A DNA stretch of 64,000 nt. It comes from an uncultured Pseudomonadota bacterium. GTDB taxonomy: Bacteria; Myxococcota_A; Polyangia; Fen-1088. The first letter of the stretch is position 1. Each line of letters starts with the position of its first letter. Shown here one piece after another: positions 1 through 8,814 of this stretch. Made by a program: the position numbers and the translations under genes. The DNA lies in the NCBI GenBank assembly GCA_963725905.1, contig CAVSAG010000002.1, positions 79,755 through 143,754 on the forward strand, in the 5' to 3' direction. The notes under the pieces are model-generated. The model made no database searches. It was given only the letters and a program-made list of their open reading frames with translations, and was not told the DNA's origin.

Positions 1-607
1 CAGCGACCAGCCGAGCAGCCGGTGGGGGTTCTTGGTCTCGGCGGCCGGGGTGGCGGGCGCGGTGATGAGGGGGACGGCCGTCGCGTCCGGAGCCAGCTCG
101 GCAGCCGGCGGCGGCGCCGCGGTGGCCGACAGGTTGGCGTGCAGGGTCGGGACGCGGTCGAGCAGGGGGTCGGCGGCGGTCGTCGACGCTCTCGACCATC
201 TGGGAGGCCGCGCAGATGTTGCACTCGGCGACGGCGTTGTCCTCGCGGTCGCTGGCGACGTTCCAGATGCGCAGCTCGATGTGGTAGCCGCGCATGTCGT
301 TGCGGCCGCCGGTGGCGACCAGGACGTCGCTGGCGCCGGCGGTCTTGGCGGCGACCTTCATGCACTCGCGGTCGGCGCAGCTGCCGGCCTCGGGGGCCAG
401 GTCGAAGCCGTGCTTGGTGACCGCGTCGTTCAGCGTCGTCCGGAGCTGGGCGCGGATGTCGGCCAGGCTGTCCGGCAGATCAACCGCGTTCACCACCACC
501 ACCCGCGGTCGCGCCGCCTCTCCCGGCGCCGCGATCCCAACCGACGGCACCAGGGCCGCCGCGAGGGTCGCCGCGCAGAGCATCCCAAAGCCCCGCATCG
601 AGATCAT
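1..607 (-). CDS. secreted hypothetical protein; 3' end lies outside the window; frame shifts near 175-183
   Basis: ATG at 607 on the minus strand gives MISMRGFGMLCAATLAAALVPSVGIAAPGEA, a signal-peptide-like N-terminus, with strong G/C third-position bias. After ...SQMVESVDD the G/C3 signal moves to another frame (AADPLLDRVPTLHANLSATAAPPPAAELAPD...), implying one extra base. It is missing from the ORF track because it runs off the window edge. Confidence 0.5.
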   Translation of the reverse strand, partial: MISMRGFGMLCAATLAAALVPSVGIAAPGEAARPRVVVVNAVDLPDSLADIRAQLRTTLNDAVTKHGFDLAPEAGSCADRECMKVAAKTAGASDVLVATGGRNDMRGYHIELRIWNVASDREDNAVAECNICAASQMVESVDDRRRPPARPRPDPARQPVGHRGAAAGCRAGSGRDGRPPHHRARHPGRRDQEPPPAARLVA

Positions 608-708
608 GTCTGGATTCAGACGCTACATCCAGACCCGCCCGATGTTCCAGTTTACGGCCCAATTTCGCCGATCATCGGCGCGCGTCCGGAAAAGGTGCCG
701 GCGGGCGC

Positions 709-2154
709 TCAGCGCTTGCGGCGACGGGCGAGCGTGATCGCGGCCGCGAGCAGGGCGAGCCACGACCAGCGCTGGGACGGCGCCCGGGCGGGGAGGGCGC
801 AGTGGCAGCCGCCCGAGGAGGTGGTAGGCGTTTCCGCCCCGGCATCCTTGTGTGCCCCGGCGTCGGAGGTCGGCGAGTGCCCGGCGTCGGGCGTTGGCGG
901 AGCGGCGTCCTGGCCGCCGTCGACGGGGGCGGGCATCACCGCCGCCGAGCAGACGGCGTCGGAGTCGTCCGGCGAGAAGAGCTCCATCCCGGCGCGGTTC
1001 TCGCAGTCGGTCTGGCAGTACGTCTTGAGGCAGGTGACGATCGCCTGGATGACCGGCGCCGGCGTCGTCTGCTGGTCGTTGGTGCCGTAGGCCATCAGCG
1101 GCTGCCAGCTCATCCCCTCGTCGATGGAGGTGTAGATGGCGTAGGGGTCGGTCATATTCTCGGTCGCGGCGTAGAGCTTGGTCCCCCGCGACGACAGTCC
1201 CTTGAAGGTGAAGGGGACCGTCGGGAGCTGGGTGAACGTGCCGCCGCCGTCGGTCGATCGATAGGCGATGTCGGTGCTCCCCAGCACGCCGCCCGCGATG
1301 AGCGAGCCCGACGCCATCCGCGTGAAGGCGGTCAACGCGCCGCCGTCGAAGGTGAGCGGCGTCGTTGCATGGGCGCCCCCGTCGGTGCTCATCGCCAGGG
1401 CCTGGGCCTGCCCGTTGGCGATGCGCAGGAACAGCTTCTGGGGGTCGTTCGGATCGACGGCGACCAGGAGGATGCTGTAGGTCCCCGCCGGCAGGCTGCC
1501 GGAGAGATCGTGGAGCGTCCAGCTGCCGCCGCCGTTGGTGGTGACCGCGACTTTGGGCGTGTAGGCCGTGCCGCTGGTGATGGTGAGGTAGACCGTCTGC
1601 GGGTTCGAGCGGGAGATCTCGACGCCGGTGATGTGGTCGCCGGCCGCGGCGGCGTAGCGGGTCTGGGGGAAGGTGGCACCGCCGTCGGACGACTCCATCA
1701 CCGCGTAGGTGCTGCCGCCCGCGTCGAGCGGCGTGCCGACCACGGCCAGCACCCGGTTCGCGTTGGTCGGATCGACGAAGGCGTCGAGGGCGCCCGGCGC
1801 GGCCGCCGTCCAGCTGCACGAGTTGTCGTCGGAGAAGATCAGGTTGGTCGGCGAGATCGCGTAGATCCGGTTCCGCGGGGGCGGGCCCATCTGGTAGAGC
1901 GTGGCGAAGTTGTTGGCGCCCTGCTCGCAGGCCCAGACCCAGGTCTGTTCGCGGTCGAACGACATGACCAGGCCGAAGTTGGTGGCGAGCAGCGTCTCGT
2001 CCGGCAGCTGCGTGGGCGTCATGAGCCCGAGCGAGTCGGGGAATGCGCCGTCGGCGCGCGCCGCGCCCGCGAAGGGCAGCGGCGCGACGACCGCGAGCAG
2101 CAGCCACCAGTGCGAAGGACGCGCCCGGACGCGGAGAGCGACGCGCGCGTGCAT
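709..2154 (-). CDS. secreted BNR/Asp-box repeat protein (Ycf48/sialidase-like beta-propeller) with MYXO-CTERM tail
   Basis: 481-aa ORF with signal peptide (WWLLLAVVAPLPFAGAARA). Repeated Asp-box motifs S/T-x-D/N-x-G-x-T/S-W/F: SSDGGATF, TTNGGGSW, STDGGAHA, STDGGGTF, SIDEGMSW. The C-terminus GGCHC + hydrophobic helix + RRRKR matches the MYXO-CTERM pattern. Confidence 0.75.
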   Translation of the reverse strand: MHARVALRVRARPSHWWLLLAVVAPLPFAGAARADGAFPDSLGLMTPTQLPDETLLATNFGLVMSFDREQTWVWACEQGANNFATLYQMGPPPRNRIYAISPTNLIFSDDNSCSWTAAAPGALDAFVDPTNANRVLAVVGTPLDAGGSTYAVMESSDGGATFPQTRYAAAAGDHITGVEISRSNPQTVYLTITSGTAYTPKVAVTTNGGGSWTLHDLSGSLPAGTYSILLVAVDPNDPQKLFLRIANGQAQALAMSTDGGAHATTPLTFDGGALTAFTRMASGSLIAGGVLGSTDIAYRSTDGGGTFTQLPTVPFTFKGLSSRGTKLYAATENMTDPYAIYTSIDEGMSWQPLMAYGTNDQQTTPAPVIQAIVTCLKTYCQTDCENRAGMELFSPDDSDAVCSAAVMPAPVDGGQDAAPPTPDAGHSPTSDAGAHKDAGAETPTTSSGGCHCALPARAPSQRWSWLALLAAAITLARRRKR

Positions 2155-2168
2155 CGGTACGGCGGCGA

Positions 2169-4241
2169 TCAGGCCCGTTGTTTGCGGGGGCGCCGCACGA
2201 ACGCCAGGCCGAGGAGGCTGCTGGCCGTCAGCCAGAGCTCTCGAGACGAGCCCGCCGGACGCGCGGGATCAAAGCTGCACGAGCACCCACCCGTGAGTGC
2301 CGGTTTCTCGTTCGGATCGGCGCCGCCGGTGCCGCTCGAGGTGCCGCCGCCCGTCCCGGAGCCTCCGGTCGACGATCCGCCGGAGCCGCTGTTCGAACCA
2401 CCACTCCCGGTGGTTCCGCCCGAGCCGATGCTGACGCTGCCGGCGCCGCCCGAGCCGGTCGTGCCGCCGGAGCCAGTCGTGCCGCCGGAGCCGGTGGTGC
2501 CCCCGCTGCCGGTGGTCCCGCCGGTGCCCGTCGTGGTGGTGCCGCCGGTGCCCGTCGTGGTGGTGGCGCCGCCCGTGCCCGTGGCGCCGCCCTTGCCGGT
2601 GGCGCCGGCCGCGCCCGTCGTGGTCGTGCCGCCGGTGCCGGTGGTGGTGCCGCCCGTTCCAGTGGTGCCGCCCGTGCCGGTGGCGGCGCCGGTGCAGCTC
2701 GTCGGGCCGGGGGCGGTCAGCGTCGTGCCGTCGATGCAGGTGGGCGAGCCGGTGCCGCCGCTCGGGTAGCTGACCGACACGCTGGCTCCAGTGGCACTGA
2801 TCGAGTTGAGCGTGATTGTCGGGCCGCCGCTGTCCGGATCGGTGAAGCTCTGCCCGGCGGTCGTAAGACCCGCGAACGCCGTCGCCGTTGGGCTCATGTT
2901 GAGCAGCTCCGTCCAGACGCTGTTCGCCTGACGGGTCGTGCTGGTGCCGCCGCGGCCGGTGGTGGTCGTCGGCAGCTTGACGTTGTCGCTGGCGTAGATG
3001 AAGACCGTGGGCGCGGTGAAGGTGACACCCGAGCCGAAGCCGCCGCCGCCGCGGCCGGTGGTGGAGAAGGCGTCGAACATGCCGCCGGCCGTGCGCAGCT
3101 CGACGTAGAAGTTATTGAGGTCGACCATGGTGCCGGTCGACTGGGGGTCGCTGACCACCAGCTGCGCGGGGAACGGAACCTGAAGGACCTGAACGCCGCC
3201 ACTCCCCGAGCAGTTGTTCTCCAGCGGCAGCAGGTTGAAGGTGCCGTTCGCCGGCGTCTTGACTCCGTTGCAGCCGGTAAGCCACCCCTCGTACCAGCGC
3301 TCGTAGGCGTTGAACTCGCGGCAGCCGCCCCCCATCGTCGACATCGAGCTGCCGTACTCGGTGATCGTGCAGTCGGTGCCAGGGTTGGTGTCGAAGCTGC
3401 TGATCGTGCCGGTCGCCATCGCGCCGCTCCCGCACTTCATGGTGTTGGCGTGCATGAGGCCGATGTTGTGTCCGGGCTCCTGCATCAGCACGACGCAGGA
3501 GAGCGACCCGTTCATCCAGGTGCGCTTGGCTGGCTGCATCGCCGACCCTTCTTCGCCGAGGCCGCCGAAGGTGCAGAGGCTGGTCTCGTTGAAGTAGTAG
3601 ATGAGGTGGTTGGGCACGGTGCCGGTGATCATCGGCTCGATCGCCTTGTACATCCCGGTCGTGTCACAGGTGGTCATCGAGAACGGGTACGGGCCGAGGA
3701 CGCTCCCCTGGACCTGGTACTTCCCGTACGACGAAGCGTTGTAGTACTCGGCGAACGACTTGTCGGTCGCGCCCGTGCCGTTGAGGATGGTCATCGCCTG
3801 CGCGGCGGTCATGTTGACGCCGCTGCCGAGATCGACCAGCACGAGCCCGTAGGTGTCGGGCGACACCGGCGACTCGTAGGTCGGCGGCGTCTCCGCGGCG
3901 ATCTCCACGGCCGGCAGGACGCTGAGGCTCTGTACGTGCAGCCGCTCGCCGATCACGTCGCCCTGGATTCGCACCTGGCTGCCGGTGGCGGTGAGCGTCG
4001 GCGTGTCGAAGTCGAGACGGATCTCTCGCCCGTCGGTCGTGCGGACGGCGTGCCACCACTCGGTCGTGCCGTCGCGGTTGTCGGCGATGTAAGTGACGAA
4101 CTCGCCGGTCACCGCGCCGGGGTCGGCGCTGGCGCCGGCGGTGCCGTCGATCGCGTTGGGAGAACAAGCAGGCACGAACGTCGCCAGAACCAGCGCGACG
4201 GTACCCGCACCCAGGCCTCGGTAGCAGCGGGGGCGCACCAT
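2169..4241 (-). CDS. secreted or lipoprotein zinc-metalloprotease-like protein (gametolysin/reprolysin-type motif region) with Gly/Thr-rich linker and MYXO-CTERM tail
   Basis: ORF 2169..4313; the likely start is the internal ATG at 4241 (MVRPRCYRGLGAGTVALVLATFVPAC, signal/lipobox-like). Motif VVLMQEPGHNIGLMHAN resembles HExxHxxGxxH. Long GTGGTT/GSGGTT linker. C-terminal GGCSC + helix + RRPRKQRA is MYXO-CTERM-like. Confidence 0.7.
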   Translation of the reverse strand: MVRPRCYRGLGAGTVALVLATFVPACSPNAIDGTAGASADPGAVTGEFVTYIADNRDGTTEWWHAVRTTDGREIRLDFDTPTLTATGSQVRIQGDVIGERLHVQSLSVLPAVEIAAETPPTYESPVSPDTYGLVLVDLGSGVNMTAAQAMTILNGTGATDKSFAEYYNASSYGKYQVQGSVLGPYPFSMTTCDTTGMYKAIEPMITGTVPNHLIYYFNETSLCTFGGLGEEGSAMQPAKRTWMNGSLSCVVLMQEPGHNIGLMHANTMKCGSGAMATGTISSFDTNPGTDCTITEYGSSMSTMGGGCREFNAYERWYEGWLTGCNGVKTPANGTFNLLPLENNCSGSGGVQVLQVPFPAQLVVSDPQSTGTMVDLNNFYVELRTAGGMFDAFSTTGRGGGGFGSGVTFTAPTVFIYASDNVKLPTTTTGRGGTSTTRQANSVWTELLNMSPTATAFAGLTTAGQSFTDPDSGGPTITLNSISATGASVSVSYPSGGTGSPTCIDGTTLTAPGPTSCTGAATGTGGTTGTGGTTTGTGGTTTTGAAGATGKGGATGTGGATTTTGTGGTTTTGTGGTTGSGGTTGSGGTTGSGGTTGSGGAGSVSIGSGGTTGSGGSNSGSGGSSTGGSGTGGGTSSGTGGADPNEKPALTGGCSCSFDPARPAGSSRELWLTASSLLGLAFVRRPRKQRA
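2310..2700 (-). repeat. coding low-complexity tandem repeat (Gly/Thr/Ser-rich linker of the metalloprotease-like gene)
   Basis: Reiterated ggtgccgcc / ggtggtgcc units translate on the minus strand to (GTGGTT)n and (GSGGTT)n. It lies inside the ORF with no spacer/repeat architecture. Confidence 0.8.
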
Positions 4242-4328
4242 ACTAGTAAGTGGCAAAACCGCTCGGAGCGGCTCAAAAAAGTTAGTTTTTCTGCGAAGAT
4301 TCGCGCAACTCACCAGAAATACAGGGCA

Positions 4329-5650
4329 TCAACCTTCTGCGATCGGGGGCTCGGCGGCGGGAAGCGGCACGGCGTGCAGACGGCGGATGCGCCGATCGCG
4401 CACGTCGAGCACGGTGAAGTGAAAGCCCACGGTCGAGATTTCGTCGCCCGGCACTGGCAGCTCGGGGAGCTGCGTGATGATGAAGCCGCCCAGCGTCTCG
4501 ATCTCGGGCGCCACCTTGGGGAACACGAGCCCGAGATCGCGCGCCGCCACGTCGAGCGTGAGGCGGCCGTCGACGTCGAAGCTGCCGTCGGCGTTGCGCC
4601 GGATGGGCGGGATCTCCTCGGCGTCCTGCTCGTCCTGAATCTCGCCCACCACCTCCTCGACGAGATCTTCCAGCGTCACGATGCCGGTGAAGGCGTGCCC
4701 CGGGCCCAGGATGATGGCGATGTGCACGCGCCGGCGCTGGAACTCGCGCCGCAGCCACTCGAGCCGCGTGTCCTCCGAGGCGTAGATCGGTTCGCGCACC
4801 AGCTCCCGCATCCGGCTCGGGCGCTTCTCGGAGGCGAGCGCGCTGACGATGTCCTTTGAGGTGGACGTAGCCGACGACGCGGTCGGTCGTCGGCTCGACC
4901 AGCGGGTAGCGGGTGTACTGGTTGGCCACCGCGATCCGTAGGTTGTCCTCGAACGGACGCCCCGCCTCCAGCGTCACCACGTCGCGCCGCAGGGTCATCA
5001 CGTGGCGCGCCAGCCGGTGCGTGTAGTCGAACACGCGGTCGATGAGGCGCCGGGCGCCGGGGTCGAGATGAACGTGCTGCAGGACCAGGCGCAGCTCGTC
5101 GGGGGAGTGCACCATCTCCGCCTCGGACGCCGGCGGCAGCCGCAGGATCTTGAGCACCAGCGCGGCCGCCCCCTTGAGCGTCCAGATGACCGGGAAGGTC
5201 AGCACGTAGAACGCGCGGAACGGCACCACCGCCCACAGGGCGATGGGCTCGGTCAGCTGGATGGCCAGCGCTTTGGGCGCCAGCTCGCCCAGCACGGTGT
5301 GCAGGAAGGTGATGACGATGAGGCTGACCGTCGTGGCCAGCGTGTGCAGCGTTCGGTCGGAGGTGGCGCCCGCCGCGATAGAGCCAGGGGCGCAAGAGCG
5401 CGGCGAACGCCGGCTCGCCCAGCCAGCCGAGCGTCAGCGACGCCAGCGTGATGCCGAGCTGGCTGGCCGAGAGGTAGGCGGGGAGCTGGGTGGTGATCCG
5501 CAGCAGCAGCTTGGCCCGCCGCCGCCCCTCGCGGGCCAGTTGCTGAATCCGGGTCGGGCGGATCTTGACGAAGGCGAACTCGGCCGCGACGAAGAAGGCG
5601 TTGGCGAGGACGATCGCCGCCGTGAGCAGCAGCGCCAGGCTCGGATGCAT
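4329..5650 (-). CDS. CNNM/DUF21-CBS-CorC_HlyC family membrane protein (CorC/TlyC-like), frame broken twice
   Basis: Three ORF pieces join into one protein. N-terminal TM domain: MHPSLALLLTAAIVLANAFFVAAEFAFVKIRPTRIQQLA...GWLGEPAFAALLRPWLYRGG. Middle: ATSDRTLHTLATTVSLIVITFLHTVLGELAPKALAIQ...VVGYVHLK. C-terminal CBS + CorC_HlyC: DIVSAL...IAIILGPGHAFTGIVTLEDLVEEVVGEIQDE...DGRLTL. Extra bases near 5365-5372 and 4853-4856; length is 3n+2. Confidence 0.85.
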
Positions 5651-5731
5651 GGAACCCCCGAGAATCGCACACCCCGGCCGGCTCCGCTAAACCGGCCGGA
5701 ACTTGCGGGATTTGGTGGTAATGTCGCGGCC

Positions 5732-8194
5732 GTGACGCTCCGTAAACTAGCCTTGACCACCCTGGGTTTCGCGCTCGTGGCGCTGGGGGCCGGCGTCTCG
5801 CCGGCACGCGCGGACGCGCTGCAGTCGACCGGCGACTGCACCACCGACAACCTCCTGTCGAAGAAGCAGCCGATCTGGCGGCAGGACATCCGCGGCGATC
5901 TCCACCTGCCGACCGACGAGTCGGTGGCGCCCGAGGGGGCGCAGTGGGACGCGCCGGTCGGCGTGATTCTCGATACGCCGGCCGGGTCGCTGACCTACGA
6001 CCTCGGCGCGGTGAAGCCGGTGTCGTCGTTCCTGCTCCAGGCCGACGCCAACGACACCTACAAGATCTGGGGCGCCGAGGAGAACAAGCCCGAGGCGTTC
6101 AAGCTGCTGATCGAGATCGACAACGTCGTCGGCACGCAGGGGCACGGGTTCCGCACGCGCGCGGTCACCATCGGCGCCACGCCGGTCCGCTACCTCAAGG
6201 TCGGCGAGCCGGTCGGTGACGGCTCCTATTCAATCGCCGAGTTCCAGGCCTACTGCCGGCCGCCGACGCCGTTCCCGCCCAAGCTGACGATCAGCAACGC
6301 CCCGCCGGCGATCGTCGTCCAGCCGGGGTTCTGGAAGTTCGCCTGGTGGGAGAACGACGCGAGCTCGCGGGTCGAGATGGTGCTGGCGCTGGCGGCGCTG
6401 GCGCTCGTCGGCTGGGGCATCTGGCTCACCAGGCAGGGGCGCAAGGATTTCAAGCGCAAGCTGCGCGATCGGCTGCTGATGGTGGTGGGCGTGCTTTCGT
6501 TCTGCGCCTACTGGAACTTCGGCAGCTTTCACTTCGGGAACTACGTCCACATGTGGGACACGTTCCACTACTACATCGGATCGAAGTACTTCAAGGAGCT
6601 GTCCTACGACCGCCTCTACGAGTGCGTCGCCGTCGCCGACGCGGAGGAGCCGGGACTGCGGCGCCGGGTCGAGCTGCGCAAGATCATGAACCTGCGGACC
6701 AACATGATGGTCGGGACGCAGGAGATCCTGGCGAACCCCGGGCTCTGCAAGGATCACTTCACGCCCGAGCGCTGGGCCAGCTTCAAGCACGACACCGCGT
6801 ACTTCCGCAACCACCACGACACCAAGCGATGGGAGGAGGCGCAGACCGACCACGGCTACAACGGCACGCCGGTCTGGAACATCGTCGGCACGACGCTGGC
6901 GAATCTGTCGCCGATCAGCGACGACCAGATCACCTTCCTGACCCGGATCGATCCGTTCTTCATCTTCGGGATCATCCTCATGTCCTGGTGGGCGTTCGGC
7001 TGGCGAACGATGTGCGTCGCGCTGGCGGTGTTCGCCACCAACTTCCCTTCACGCTTCTACTGGACCGGCGGCGCGTTCCTGCGCTGGGACTGGCTCTTCT
7101 ACATGGTCGGGGGCGTCTGCCTCATCAAGAAGGATCGGTTCCTGCTGGGTGGGTTCTTCCTCGGCTATTCGACGCTGCTGCGCATCTTTCCGATGTTCAT
7201 CTTCGCGGGGCCGATCCTGGTCATCTTCCGGCAGCTCTGGGGGAAGGTCGGTGAGTGGCCCAAGCCGGCACCCGCGGCCGGGGCCAAAGCGCCCGCAACC
7301 TCCAAGCCGGAGCCGAGCGACGCCCCGCCGGCGCGTCAGTGGTGGCAGCCGGAGCCGTGGGACTCCTGGCAGGCGCTCGTGGCGCGCGTCGACCGCCGCT
7401 TCGTTCGCGTCCTCGCCGGCGCCGCGCTGGCGGCGGCGATCCTGGTGCCGGTGAGCCTGGTGACCAGCAACGGCATCGCTGGCTACCGCGCGTTCGCCTT
7501 CAACACCAACAAGCACAAGGAGACGCCGCTCACCAACTACATGGGGCTGCGCACCGTCGTCGCCTACAGCCCGTCGGAGGCGGGGCGGAACATGAAGGAC
7601 GATCGCCAGGAGGACCCCTGGGGCCCCTGGAAGCGCCAGAAGCTGAAGACCTTCCACGCGCGCGAGCCGATCTACTTCTTCCTCTGCGCCTGCTTCATGG
7701 TCCTGCTCTACCAGGCGCTCAAGGACGCCGAGCCGTGGGTCGCCTGCGCCCTCGGTGGGATGACGATGGCCGTCGGGGTGGAGCTGACCTGCTACTACTA
7801 CTCGTTCCTGTTCGCGATCACGCTGCTCTATCACAAGCGGCGCGAGGCCGGGGCCATCCTGCTGGGCGCGACCGCGGTGACCGGCCTCATCGACTGGTCG
7901 CCGACCCGCTACCTCCCCGACGTCAAGCCCTGGATGGACTTCAAGGTGTCGCAGTGGCTCGACGAACAGTACACGATGATGTCGTTCACCACGCTGGCGG
8001 CGGTGTGCTGGATCCTCTACCGGTTCGCCTACGTCCGCCCCATCGAGGAGAGCGCGGTGGCCGACGCCGCCGTCGTGGTCGCCGGCGCCACCAGCGCCGA
8101 GGCTGCCCACTCCGTCAACGTGCGCAAGCCTGCGCGTCGGGGGGGCGGCAACGAGACCCGCCGGCGGGGCGGCCGGCGATCGCGCCGGCGATAG
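5732..8194 (+). CDS. polytopic membrane protein with N-terminal F5/8 type C (discoidin)-like domain; function unknown (possibly GT-C-like)
   Basis: ORF 5243..8194. The 5' part overlaps the divergent CorC-like gene. GTG at 5732 gives the signal peptide VTLRKLALTTLGFALVALGAGVSPARA. It is followed by a ~160-aa domain (SLTYDLGAVKPVSSFLLQADANDTYKIWGAEEN...YSIAEFQAYC) and then many hydrophobic helices (HMWDTFHYYIGSKYFKELSYDRLYE...). Confidence 0.6.
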   Translation: MTLRKLALTTLGFALVALGAGVSPARADALQSTGDCTTDNLLSKKQPIWRQDIRGDLHLPTDESVAPEGAQWDAPVGVILDTPAGSLTYDLGAVKPVSSFLLQADANDTYKIWGAEENKPEAFKLLIEIDNVVGTQGHGFRTRAVTIGATPVRYLKVGEPVGDGSYSIAEFQAYCRPPTPFPPKLTISNAPPAIVVQPGFWKFAWWENDASSRVEMVLALAALALVGWGIWLTRQGRKDFKRKLRDRLLMVVGVLSFCAYWNFGSFHFGNYVHMWDTFHYYIGSKYFKELSYDRLYECVAVADAEEPGLRRRVELRKIMNLRTNMMVGTQEILANPGLCKDHFTPERWASFKHDTAYFRNHHDTKRWEEAQTDHGYNGTPVWNIVGTTLANLSPISDDQITFLTRIDPFFIFGIILMSWWAFGWRTMCVALAVFATNFPSRFYWTGGAFLRWDWLFYMVGGVCLIKKDRFLLGGFFLGYSTLLRIFPMFIFAGPILVIFRQLWGKVGEWPKPAPAAGAKAPATSKPEPSDAPPARQWWQPEPWDSWQALVARVDRRFVRVLAGAALAAAILVPVSLVTSNGIAGYRAFAFNTNKHKETPLTNYMGLRTVVAYSPSEAGRNMKDDRQEDPWGPWKRQKLKTFHAREPIYFFLCACFMVLLYQALKDAEPWVACALGGMTMAVGVELTCYYYSFLFAITLLYHKRREAGAILLGATAVTGLIDWSPTRYLPDVKPWMDFKVSQWLDEQYTMMSFTTLAAVCWILYRFAYVRPIEESAVADAAVVVAGATSAEAAHSVNVRKPARRGGGNETRRRGGRRSRRR

Positions 8195-8210
8195 AGCGCC
8201 GAAAATGAAG

Positions 8211-8240
8211 AAGGCCGCCGGCATGAAGCCCGGCGGCCTT
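8211..8240. terminator. bidirectional hairpin between convergent genes
   Basis: aaggccgccgg (8211-8221) pairs perfectly with ccggcggcctt (8230-8240): an 11-bp stem with an 8-nt loop, flanked by A-rich and T-containing sequence. Confidence 0.55.
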
Positions 8241-8283
8241 CGAAGTCAGACTGGCGGAAGCGGTCTCGGGTACGGAGGTTCTG

Positions 8284-8667
8284 CTAGCGCCGGCCCTTCT
8301 TCTTGCCCGCTTTGCCCGCCTTGCCCTTCTTGCCCTTCGCAGCCTTCTTGCTGCTCTTGGCCGCCTTCTTGGAGGGCTTCTTCTTGCTGGTCTTCTTGGC
8401 AACCTTTCTCTTGGCTGCCTTCTTGCCGGCCTTCTTCTTGCGCTTCTGGCCGCCGACCGCGCGCTTGGCGCGGGCGACGTCACCGTCACGGTCGACGAAG
8501 TAGATGTAGTTCGTATCTACCTCGAACCCACCGTCGGCGACCTTCTCCGGGCGACCTTTGGGGACGCCGGGTTGCTTTCGCTGCACCTTCCAGACTTCGC
8601 CGTCCTTCACGTAGTACATGAAGTCCTTCTCGCGCTCGACACCCAGCTTTGCGACTTTCTCCGCCAT
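8284..8667 (-). CDS. small protein with histone H1-like Lys/Ala-rich C-terminal tail
   Basis: 127-aa ORF. The N-terminal ~70 aa is globular (MAEKVAKLGVEREKDFMYYVKDGEVWKVQRK...NYIYFVDRDGDVARAKR). The tail is KRKKKAGKKAAKRKVAKKTSKKKPSKKAAKSSKKAAKGKKGKAGKAGKKKGRR. Confidence 0.65.
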   Translation of the reverse strand: MAEKVAKLGVEREKDFMYYVKDGEVWKVQRKQPGVPKGRPEKVADGGFEVDTNYIYFVDRDGDVARAKRAVGGQKRKKKAGKKAAKRKVAKKTSKKKPSKKAAKSSKKAAKGKKGKAGKAGKKKGRR

Positions 8668-8814
8668 CTCGGCCGACCTCCGTCAGAAAGTTTGCGAAAA
8701 AATGAGCTGCAAAAAGCCATGTGCATCGTATCGGGGGGCGCAGGGCTGTCAAGTGGGATTCCCGTCGACGATCGGTGGTTCTTCTCGCTGATTTGCCCTG
8801 TTTTCGAAATTATT

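Noticed and set aside
2310-2700. Periodic short repeats that might look like a repeat array or CRISPR.
   Set aside because: The units are 9-18 nt with no unique spacers. They lie inside an ORF and translate to a Gly/Thr/Ser linker.
802-4859. Very long ORFs in the track (802..2769 +, 2043..4859 +, 623..2107 -) overlapping the BNR and protease genes.
   Set aside because: Their translations are Arg/Gly/Pro/Ala strings typical of off-frame or antisense reading of ~70% GC DNA. The other strand or frame encodes proteins with clear family motifs and G/C third-position bias. The same applies to 8721..10940, 10489..12363, 36709..38235, 47983..50871, 50905..52275, 54727..57108, 57587..59986 and 59601..60998.
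8303-8503. 66-aa hydrophobic ORF (+) MPALPALPFLPFAAFLLLLAAF... as a small membrane protein.
   Set aside because: It is the antisense reading of the AAG/GCC-rich Lys/Ala tail (CTT/GGC gives Leu/Phe/Ala). This is a compositional mirror artefact.
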